Origin: Azolla caroliniana
Lineage: Eukaryota; Plantae; Polypodiophyta
DNA: 64,000 nt
Direction of reading: 5' to 3'
Assembly (NCBI GenBank): GCA_043228905.1
Contig: JBHGNT010000008.1
Span: 4,960,001 to 5,024,000 of the forward strand
Positions 44,864 to 56,579 of this stretch are shown here, piece after piece (the stretch's first letter is position 1; each line of letters begins with the position of its first letter). The position numbers and the translations under genes are program-made. The notes beneath the pieces were generated by a model. It was not told the DNA's origin. It saw only the letters and a program-made list of their open reading frames with translations, and made no database searches.

Positions 44864-47800
44864 TGTCGCGACCCAAGCTTCAAAGACGAGGTCGATTTGG
44901 AAGAAAAGAAGATAATAACAAATGAGAAGACGTTTACAAGACAAAAATACAAGAATTTCTATTACCGGAAACCAAGATTACAAGGTTGCTAAAGACTGGT
45001 GTTGAACCGAAATGGTTCAACACTAAGCAGATCTTCGACTTATATACTGTACATCAGAATGTGCACGATCGCCATTTGGCATACATGTTGTGCACCACTT
45101 GGCGTACAAGGTGCATGCCATTTGGTGGTCATCTAATGTGTCTAGTGCTCTATAGTTCTTGAATAATAATAATATGAAAATGTATTTATTAACTAAAATG
45201 AGTTGGTGCAATGGTTAAAGTGTAAGACCATTGTTTGAAAGTCACAAGTGCAAACCTTGATATTCACATTTTGTGACATCATCCCCTCCTTTGACGACGA
45301 GTTCCATGAGTCGCAATGCATGAACTAGGTTTTGGTTTATGGGGATAACAAAGATGAAACTCTTGTATAAGTTCAGAGGCATTAGTGACGTTCGTTGCAG
45401 GTTCCCATGTCCGATCCGCAGGCGTGTATCCAAGCCAATCTATTAGATAATATAACTTATTGCGGATGACCTTAGAGTCCAAATAGCTTCTACTTCATAT
45501 TCAGGTCCTTCAGCAAGTTGAACCGGAGGTGGTGGTGGGATAACCCGATTTGGAATAGAACTTGATGTCCATGGTTCTAATAATGAAACATGAAATACTG
45601 GATGAAGACGCATATGTGAAGCCAGGTCCAGATGAAATGCAACATCGTTGACTTGATGAGAGATTACAAATGGACCTAGACGTTGGAAATCCAATTTGGC
45701 ACATGGTCGAATAGTTTTCACATTACGACGCAATAACCATACACGATCACCAACTTTAAACTTAGGGTCTTCAAGTGAAGAATCTAAGCGATGTTTATCC
45801 GCCACCTTCTTGTACTTGGCTTGAGCATGAAGCAAATTATGAGAAAGGTTGGTTTGAATTTCTTTGAGTTTTTTTAGACGATCTTTGACCGTGGGATTGT
45901 TTGAGACTTTTGGACATTCAAGCATCATCCATCGAGGATGATATCCTGTGTTTGCAAAGAACTGACTGAATCCCGTAGAAGAATGGATTGAATTATTGTA
46001 AGCAAATTCTGCCATATGTAAGAAATCCATCCAATCATCTTGTTGATAGTTGATAAAGCAACGGAGATATTGTTCTAATGTTTGATTTGTGTGTTCTGTT
46101 TGACCATCAGTTTGAGGATGGTAGCTTGAAGATAGTTTACAAGAAATGCCAAGGATCTCAAGTAAGTGTGTCCAAAACTTTGCAATAAATTGTGATCCAC
46201 AATCACTAATGATTTCATCTGGAAGGCCATGGTGCTTGAAAACTTCTCACAAGACTTGTCAATCCTTGACTAGTAAAAGTTTTTCTACATGGAAGAAAAT
46301 GTGCCATTTTCATAAAGCGGTCCACCACTTTAAGAATTGCATCATAGCCTTGGGAAGATGGGAGATCTATGATGAAATCGATAGAAATGGATTTCCACGG
46401 ACCATCTGGAATGGGCAATGGGTGCAACAAACCATATGGCCGATGTCGAGGCATCTTTGATCGACAACATACATCACAAGTAGAAACATAGTCTATGACA
46501 AATTGACGAACCTGAGGCCACCAATAGTTTCGGGTAACTAGCTCCAATGTTTTCAAAACTCTGAAATGTCCAGCTAATGGTAAATCATGGCAGTGATGCA
46601 AAACTTCAAGTCGAAAAGGTCCATCGGGAATATAAGTATGGTTGTTTCGAAAAAGAAACCCATCATGCCAACTGAAGTTCCCATAATCCATGCGAGAAAA
46701 CTTGGAGCGTGAACAAAAAGCACGATCTGGAACAATGTGGTCTAAAATATCTTGTGCAAAATCATCTGAACCAATGCTTGAGCGAATAGAATTGAGAAAT
46801 TTTGAATCCAAAGTTGTCTCAGCAACATTTGTCACCATTAATCATAGACGATTAGGGCTCAAAAGGACTTGTTCTTGATTGTCGTAAGTTGGGTCCCCCG
46901 GTTTTGGTGCAAAATAAGAGCGTCTTGATAAGGCATCAGCTCTACCTTGTTGTGTTCCTGGTCGATATGTTATCACAAAGTTGAACCGTGTTAGAAATTG
47001 TGCCCACCAAGCTTGTCGTCGATTTAGAACTCGAGCATTTTGAAAGTATGTGAGGTTTTTATGATCATTGTAAACAATAATTTGGTGGGGAGAACCTTCC
47101 AAGAAGTGACGCCATTGTTCTAAAGAATCAACAATTGCCAACAATTCTTTGTCATGGATTTCATAATTGATTTCTGCAGGTTCAAACTTTCTTGAATGAA
47201 ATGAAACTGGATGTAATTTCTCACCATTCGCTACTTGTGATAGAACACTTCCTAGTGCAAAATCAGATGCATCTGCTTCTATGATAAACGGCTTTTTAAG
47301 GTCAACGTGGACCAAAATGGGAGCAGATGTAAATGCTTGCTTCAAGCTATCAAATGCATCAGCTGCGCTTGATGTCCATACAAATGTTGGGTTCTTCTGT
47401 GTTAGTTCCGTAAGGGGCAAAACAACTTTTGAGTAACTCTTGATGAACTTGCGGTAGAAATTCGCAAATCCCAAGAAACATTGCAGATCACGAACTGAGC
47501 CTGGTGTCTTCCAATCTAGAATTGTTTGTACTTTCTTTGGATCCATAAAAATACCTTTTGGAGAGACCATATACCCTAGAAACTCCACTTGATTGTAGTC
47601 AAAGCAACACTTCTCTAGTTTGGCATAAACACCAAATTCCCGTAATTGTTGTCGAACTTGTCGAACATGATTATTATACTCCTCTTGTGTCTTTGAGTAG
47701 ATTAGTATGTCATCGAAGTAAATTATCATGAAGATATCAAGGAAATCTCGAAAGATATCATTTGCCATATGTTGGAAAACTGTTGGAGCATTTGTAAGCC

Positions 47801-50800
47801 CAAATGGCATTACTATGTACTCGAAGTGACCATATCGTGTGCGAAAAGCAGTTTTCCATTCATCACCAGGTCGAATACGAACAAGGTTGTAAGCTCCTCA
47901 TAATTCTAGCCTTGTGAAGTATTTGGCCCCATTGAGACGTTCCAAGAGATTTGGAATCAATGGTAGAGCATATCGATTTCGAATCATAACCTTGTTCAAG
48001 CCTCGATAGTCTACGACCAAACGTAAAGAGCCATCTTTCTTCTTAACAAAAAAAATAGGAGCACCAACAAGAGATCGGGAATGTCGAATGAAGCCATTTG
48101 CAAGATTCTCATCAATATATTCTCAACTTTCAATTCTGACGGCAAAAGGTTATAAATTGGTCCCCATGGTGGTTCCTTCTCAGCATGCAAATCAATGGGA
48201 CAATCATATGGGTGATGATCATGAAGTGTTGTGGCCTTTACCTTATCAAACACACTGGAAAATTCTTGATACTTTGATGGTAAATGGACCTCTGAATCTT
48301 GTGGGTTTGAGAATAGGGTTATGACCACTACAAACACAAACATATCTTCTATTGTAGCTTCTTTATGTAATCTTTTGAGAGAGATAGTTGATATATGTCT
48401 TGGTGTTAGCTTTGAGGTTGATGTGGTGATGAGCCTTAAAGTGTTGTCTCGTGAGTCTATGATTTCCCGCTTCTTCCAATCAATCTTTGGATTATGAAGT
48501 TCAAACCACGGCAACCCAAGAACAATTGGATGTTCGGGGACTGCTTATGATATTAAAAGATATTACAGTAGCTAAATTACCAAGAACTACACGAATAGGC
48601 TCTGATTCTTCAGTAATATCTCCTAATGCAATAGAACGTCCATCAATTACAGCTACTGATGCTGGACGAGGAAGCTTATAGAGTAGAATTTCTTGTGTTG
48701 TGGCAAAATCCCGATCCATGAAACATGAGTTGGCTCCTGAATCCAAGAGCGCAGATGCAAGAACTTGATGACATCTTGATGTGCTGAGTTGAACTTGCGC
48801 CGTGAAAACTTCACTAACTCAGTTCGATGAAATGGAACCTAAGCTCGAAACAAGTTCTATATGCTTTGGTTGGTCCAACCAAATAGCTCCGATTTTGGCT
48901 AGACTTACTCATTTAACAACTCATCTAGTTGGCTTAGAACGTCAAAACTATTGGACTGAGGGTTGTTGACAAGAGTTCTTGGTTTATTGGCTTTGATTGG
49001 AGAACATGAATCAAAATTCTCAATAGCACTTACTTGATTTAATTGTCTCTTTGGTCGATGTGGACAATGTATTGTTATATGTCCTGGACCACCACAGTAT
49101 AGGCAAAGTCAATTTGCTCGACGTCGTTGTTTCTCGGCTTCAGACAAAGGACCTCGACAACATGCTGCATCAATCTCCATTGGAGTAGGTCCATTAAAAG
49201 AATTAGGATTAGGAACTTGCTGTTGAGATATCAAGCTCAACTAGTTTAATCTAGTTAGTCAACACATGTAACTTAGTAGTTACCTAGATCGAATCTAGTT
49301 AATGTGTTGACCTTAAGCCTTTAAATAGGACCTTGTACTTAAGTGGGATATTCTAGATCCTCCACTCCTTAGTACATTTAATGTAGGACTTACACATAAG
49401 TACCTATGTTCTACCCACACATGTGCACCTTTGCACATGGGTTGTATATATACCTCATTGTGGGTATTTTTGAATGTTGATGACACTTTTCAATATAGTC
49501 AATCATCCCCCATTTATCTTTGTGTTCAAGTGTAACTTCCTCTCTCTCTCTCTCTTCCTCTCACACACTCTCACGCGCATATCATACTAATCTTCCACTG
49601 CTTAACGTAATCATATAATTAGTCTCTAATTAACCCTAGTTAATTACCTAATTACTTAACACTTGCATTGGTCCTAAAGGTGGTGAGGCTAATGCTGAAG
49701 CATATGTTTGCTCAGATCAAAGGCGTGTCGACGTTTGTTGGCGCTCAAAACGTCTTTCGAACAAACGATTGTCACATCGAACTACGCTACTAATAGCTTC
49801 TGTTAGTGATTTGGGTTCATCATGAAATATTAAGAGCAAGTCTTTAACATCATTACACAAACCATGCCGAAACAAGTCCATCATCACTGCTTCATCCCAA
49901 GGGATATCACAAGCAAGAAGACGAAAATCAGCTGCGTAACCTGAGGTTGGCCGATCTCCTTTGCACAACCTACGTATCTTGTTTATTGTTGTTCTTACAC
50001 TATCAGTATCACCAAAACTAGCTTGGAATTCGATGATAAAGGTATCAAAGTTTTCTAGTATTGGGGATTTCTTCTCTAGCAATGGTGCAAACCATGCTAG
50101 TGCGGTTCCTATCAATAATGTTCCAACTAACCCCACTCGAGCTGTGTCAATTGGATATCAGTTGGGATGCATATGAATTATAAGGCGTACCTGATTTAAG
50201 AATCCTCGGAATTGAGACCTTGTACCATCAAATTTTGTTGGTAAACTAATTTTGGGTTCTTTCAACAAACTTTGAGAGGTTGAAGCTTGTTGTCGAAGAG
50301 ATAACACAATAGCTTCAAGTTGTTGGACACGTTTCGAGAGTTCCTCATGTTGTTGTGCCTTTTCAACACTCACTTGTTGCAAGTCGCCAAGAAGTTTATG
50401 ATTCTCTTGTTCCAATGCAGTAAATTTTGTTGTTAGGAGGTCAAGTTCTGAGAGAATACGCATATACTCTTGTTTATTGACGGTCTCCATTGTGACGGAA
50501 AAACTTCACTAGATACTCGACAAAAAAAATGTGGGATTCCAATTCAAACTGTCGCGACCCAAGCTTCGAAGACGAGGTCGATTTGGAAGAAAAGAAGATA
50601 ATAACAAACGAGAAGACGTTTACAAGACAAAAATACAAGAATTTCTATTACCGGAAACCGAGATTACAAGGTTGCTGAAGACTGGTGGTTCAACACTAAG
50701 CAGATCTTCGACTTGTATACTGTACATCAGAATGTGCATGATCGCCATTTGGCATACATTTTGTGCGCCACTTGACGTACAGGGTGCATGCCATTTGGTG

Positions 50801-50951
50801 GTCATCTAATGTGTCTAGTGCTCTATAGTTCTTGAATAAAAATAATATGAAAATATATTTATTAATTAAAATGATTTGGTGCAATGGTTAAAGTGTAAGA
50901 CAATTGTTTGAAGGTCACAAGTTCAAACCTTGATATTCACATTTTGTAACA
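44864..50951 (-). mobile_element. Full-length degenerate Tcn1-like chromovirus; LTRs 44864-45278 and 50550-50951
   Basis: 5-bp TSD GGTAT; gag (KFDGTRSQFRGFLNQ), PR (LLDSGANSCFM), RT (YFDDIL), RH (EADASDFALG), INT, chromodomain (YEVEAI..YYLIDWLGYTPADRTWEP); PPT AAAGGAGGGGA; several frameshifts. Confidence 0.95.
49221..49661. mobile_element. Solo LTR (441 bp) inserted in chromovirus gag
   Basis: TGTTGA...TTAACA termini; perfect 5-bp TSD CTTGC. Confidence 0.92.
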
Positions 50952-52399
50952 GGTATGGCTTGATGGGCATGCCATATTTTGGGTCTACCATAAGTCTCCC
51001 ATTTCAAGACTATTCAAAAGACTACAACATTCTATTACAAAATTCATTGTCATGTAAATATTTTTGTAGAGATGCTCTTTTTAAACGTGTACAATAATAA
51101 TACATATTTTTGCACCTCCACAAGTTACATTCATCAAATATTCTTATGAATATATAACTTCGATGTGAAAACTCCCATGCCAGTTATTAAAGTGATTCAT
51201 CTTTAACCAATAATGGTAGGATATGAGACTTATGTGATTGGGACCAATTGTAGAGAAGGTGCTCCATCAACTAATATAGTATTTATGTGATTGTGACCAA
51301 TTTTAGAGAAGCTAATCCATCAACTAATATAGTATTTTCTATCCTGTCTATAATGAACCATCATCATTAGCTTTGGTGAGTGGTAACAAACGCCCACAAT
51401 TTCTGTAACATGAACCAATGGAAATCAAAGTCAAGTAACCACATTGCAAACATTAAACCTTTTCAAATCCACATATTGTCAACCACCTCTTAGCACAACA
51501 AGCACCTCTTTGTAGTTTTTTGGTGTCTTTGCTAAGAGATTCAAATCCATGCATAGCTTGGTGGAAGGATGCGATTCTAAACCCAACAATGGTTGGATTA
51601 TTTTGTGGGAAAGAGTTTGTACGATTATAGAAGAGAGAATGGTTTGTATGTTAATGAGAGGTTCGAATAGAATTAGTAGAATTATGAAGTTAATTAATAC
51701 ATGCTTATTAAGATAGTTAAAGGTCAAGGTTATGTAAACCATATTAGATTAGATTAGACTATGGTCTATGTCATATAATACAATGGTTTTTAAAGAAAAA
51801 AAATTGAACCGCACAAGATAGATAATATATTATTGAGTTAAAAAATTCCTCTTCCTTCCAATACATCAGAATTCCCTAATTGTGTGCTTGTCTCATGCTC
51901 TTTTGTGTTTTTGCTTTTTTATAACATGCGTATCCTATGTGAGCTTTTTATTTATGTGAAAGAGGTCATTTCACTTAAGATGGATTGCCCTATACATTTG
52001 AATATTGCCCTACACCTTTACATGTTGCTTTCATTTCACTTAAGGTGTCTTAAAGAAGAGGTGTGGGGTTTGAATATTGTTCTCCACGAAAAAAATCATT
52101 TTTGGTCAATTTTACATTTGTTTTGCCGATCCAGGTAGTTTCATTTTGTGGGTTGAAATTATCACGACACCAATGTGTCTTTTGTTCTTGTTTGGGGTTT
52201 AAAACTTCAGCCATGGTCCCTCTTTAAAGAAGATTTAGGGTCAATTTTGTTGCAACCCTTTTATGCTACCTCATTGTGGCATATTAATTGTTGCTTGAGA
52301 AACAACTTTCATTAGCTTATATCTTGAAGTTGCCATTTGTGGCGCACAATCCTCAACACTTACATTTACTTGCATTATCTTGACCATCACAATAAGAAT

Positions 52400-53600
52400 A
52401 ATGAATTGGGACATTGTGTCATAGATTCAAAGTTGTCATACTCAAAATTCTGAACAAAAACCTTGCCTCCTCCACAAATTGAACTATGTTGTTATCACCC
52501 ATATACCATTTTAGTATCCTTTCATCCTCTTCCAATCTTGTTTATTGATCCTTACAATTTTTATGAGGTATTTCTTGCTTTTTCTTGTACCACTCTATCA
52601 CAATACCTTCAACGCAAGTGCCAACACATTGTCCCTAATTAAAAGCATGTGCTAAATCAGTTATTGATCAATTAATTCTTCCTCTCAAGGTTGTGTATTT
52701 AATAAATTCTTAATGTCTCTCCACAATGTCAATAGTGTCAACATGTCCATACGAAAATAATTTGCCAAACTTTTCTCCGCACAAAATGCATTCCGCACCG
52801 TCCTCATGTCTAGTCACAAACCCCTCTTTTGTCTTTGTATTCTTGCATGACTTCTTCATACATAATATAGAAATAAGATTCACTACAACAATGCATTAGC
52901 TGGCACATATGTTGATATATCTTGTTGCTTTCAACTATATTGACTTTGGGAAGAAATTTAGCAACCCAATCTTTCTTGACATGAAACCAACACAATAAAA
53001 GAAATCATGAACTTGTTTCTTTTGACCATCCACAATGACCCAACTTTGTGGGTCATGAGTAATAACATTAGTTAATGCATTATAATCTGTCCATGATTTA
53101 TTCTATCACAAGTGGCAATAGCACATGATCTCAAACTCTTCAACCTTGCAAAGAAAATTTTCAAGGTAATCTCCAATGCAAGTTGCTAATGATTTGAGTC
53201 TCGATCTGAACTACAAAGCATATAGCGAAGTGTCAATACCCATGTTATTTGGTGCAACTACTTCATATCATGGTAGTTCAATTAGATTGCTCTTGAAAGT
53301 GTAGTTGATTGCCCAAGAATTGTTACAAGACAAAAAATACACATCCCCAGCATCCATTGATCTTGAATTATCAAGATTTAAATAGTTTCCTTGTTGGATA
53401 TTCTGTAGGTGCAAGTATGTATGGCTGAACTTGAGCAACCACCTTCACATGTGGTTGTAGTGTATATGCATCCTTGCATCCTTGCAACCCAATCATCTTT
53501 TCATAATGCATTTCTAATATTGAACTTTCTAACCCCATTATGTTCTCCTTTGGTATCATGATGTTCATTGGTATTTCTATACCCCACTATTGTATGATAA
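52400..53600 (-). mobile_element. Highly decayed Mutator-like (MULE) transposase remnant
   Basis: FLLCWFHVKKDW at ~52965-53005 matches the MULE CxxH motif; surrounding frames are broken; limits approximate. Confidence 0.55.
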
Positions 53601-54889
53601 TGAAATGGCCAAATCCTAAAAGTGAGAATGAGAGAGAGAGAGAGAGAGAGAGAGAACTCTACAAGGTCACATATCATCATATTCGCCATTTGAATTGGTG
53701 TGTAGTGTGACATTGAGTTTGGAGTCATAGTAGTCTTTACATCCCATAGATAGAAGGGGTTCTATACTTTGTAGTAAATTAGTCATGTTGGTGTTTTTTC
53801 TTTCGTAATGAATGCCATTATTTACGAAAAAAAAAAAAAAGAGAGGGAAAGAAAGAAAGAAAGAAAGATATGTTAACGTATTCTAAGACCAAAATTGGCC
53901 CAAATTTAAACCTACCAAGCTTAAATAACAAATTTAAACCTACCAAACAATCATGTGTTGAATGTGGGTGTTAAATGCGAATAATTGGATAAGAATAAGA
54001 GATCTCAATATATAGGTCCTAACCCTTGGGATCAATTAACCAAATTGTGTCAATCCAATGGGTGAGATTACAACTTGTATAAAATATCCATGTACATTTC
54101 AAGATATTTCTAGCACATGCTACTTCATCGAGATAGATAGTACCATCACCATGTATAGTACAACTTCTAGGCTTGTCTTTTAATCTCTCATATTATCCTC
54201 AATCTCTTTAATATATTATAAATATTCTTCACCATCAAATGTTTACTATGTTGGTGAAGGTATTTGAATCATAATTATGGTGTCGCAATTTTGATTTGTG
54301 TATGATCTTTTGCATATAGTCATCACATGTGATATTATCTTTCGAGTTATGGCACAAACATGACATATTTTCAAAAGCTTCATTCTCTTATTAACCTTTG
54401 TACATATATTATGTTTTTTGTTTTGATTGCACGTGTGATGTCTACCATTGTTGAGTATGTACTTGTATCTTGCACTCCTCCCATCACATGGTGACAATGA
54501 CTTCCAAATAATACGATTGTTGATCCATTACAAAACTTGGTGGATAGCCCTAACCATACTAGAATACAACAACTATTTGAATTCTAGCATTTCAACGAAT
54601 AATTCGAGTCTCTAGCTCTTGATTAAGATATGGGTAGATCACCTAGTAAATCATCTCTAATTCAACTTTAGAATAAAGCTCTCAAAAATGTACAATATAT
54701 TGTACGTTTTCATTAGCTTATTTCCCGATCTAACATAGGAACCAACACAATAACCCCTATATTACATGTTCATTAATATTTCATTGATTTAAGAATTCAT
54801 GACTTTAGTTATTATTGGGTTTAGAGATAATAAAATAATCATGCATAATCTTCAACCTAATATGTTAGAATACCCATTCACAAATCCAT

Positions 54890-55047
54890 GTGCCTCTACA
54901 CATGAGGATAACCAAGCCAAATAGGCACAAAATTTATGAACCTCATCAAGCATATCCAGATATTTGAATTGGTTATGACGATATGCTTGATATGGTTCTT
55001 ATAAGTTTGTGGTTATTTGGTTTGATTATCCTCCTGTGTAGAGGCAC
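54890..55047. repeat. Imperfect inverted repeat (~67-bp arms, ~23-nt loop)
   Basis: GTGCCTCTACACATGAGGATAACCAAGCCAAATA..ATCAAGCATATC pairs with GATATGCTTGAT..TATTTGGTTTGATTATCCTCCTGTGTAGAGGCAC. Confidence 0.85.
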
Positions 55048-56579
55048 AAACTTTATGGACCTCATCGTATAGTATGATGATGATCATAATGATAGAAAAA
55101 ATCCTCTTCAAACAATTACATGCAAAATAGAAAATGCTAAAACATTAGTCTGACAGTATAACAATAAGATTCAAACAAACAACCCTAGGTATTAGTGTTT
55201 TTATCATTGTTGTGTGAACTTAGCATGTTCATGAGAAGTGATCTAGGTTCAGAGTTATATGTGCATGTAAAGAGATCAATATCCCTTCCAGAACTGGCAA
55301 CCCACGAGGGAAAAGGTCATCTACGTCACAAAAAGTCTACATCATCTTGAGTTAGATACAACATAAAAAGGACCAACTTGCGGCAAATGGCTAGCTTCAT
55401 CAATGCAAAGTGGCCAACGTCCAAGATGTTTCTTTAGGAAACATATTTAGTCACACCTGATGAAGTCTTCTTTTTTCATATAATTGTGTCATTACAACGT
55501 GAGCTAGAATGTCCCAGGGCTACACAAAAATCACTTTTACAAGAATAACCATTACAATTTTGTAGGGGTGTATTGAATCTTTTGAACATATTTGTATAGT
55601 ATATATAGTATAAATGTATATGTCACTTTGTCACATATTATACGTGTCGTTTTCGAAGGTGTCCCCTTTTCTTTCACTTTGAATGTCTATGATGATTACA
55701 CTCGCTTGTAACATCAAACACCCAAAAAGGAAATATTTGCTTGACATCATCTAGTATGGTTAGCGACAATGGCACGTACAAAAAACTACTAGCTTATAAT
55801 CGCCCACGCGTCTAAAATTAACAAAGCAACAAATTACAGAAGAAAAGAAGTTAATTCCATTCTCATACCTAATAAACTTCTAAAGCTCAATAATGCTCAT
55901 TGCAAGAAATGCATAGTAAATTGATGACACAATTCACATCTTGATACTCATGGACCATGGCATGTTTATTCGAATGGAAACCCTTCAAATATGTAACAAC
56001 CATAAAAAGATTCTTTAAACAAATGAAATGGAAGCCTCTGTTCAATGTATAAGATTCAACAATGAAAGAATTTAAAAACATATCAAGCTAAAATTCGATT
56101 GTGGGGGGAGATGCTCTGAGTTGCATATAAACAATGTTGTCGATCGATGTGCAAAATTAAGGGATTGTTTCCACGACACAACTTTGGGATACTATATGAG
56201 AGTAAATTGGGCCCCAGAGTCCAAAACATGGGAGGACGTGATTATTTGGAGCAGATCAAAGTTATGTTGAGTGACCAAAGATTTTGGTGTACTAAAACCC
56301 TAGCCAAAGTCAATAGTGTAGTGGAAACAATCCTTGGACCTTTGGCATGAACTTATATATTGTTCGTTGTTGGTTTCACACTAAGGGGGCTAACATTGGT
56401 AACGTTTGAAGAAGCACGGAAACGTGATAACATCATGTGAGTAGGGACTAATGCACTCACCTTTCCCCCCTTGGGCTATTAATTCTCTCATAGAAGCAAA
56501 ACAGGTACGGAGATTATTGACGAGTCCGAAAGTTGCACGTCGGGTTCACACTGTTGGTATATCAGAAGTGTGGCGCCTG

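Noticed and set aside
52035-52110. Possible SINE or B-box (GGTTTGAATA) followed by A/T tracts
   Set aside because: No clear A-box or boundaries; too decayed to support.
55455-55490. CTGATGAAG as a hammerhead core
   Set aside because: No stem II or GAAA follows.
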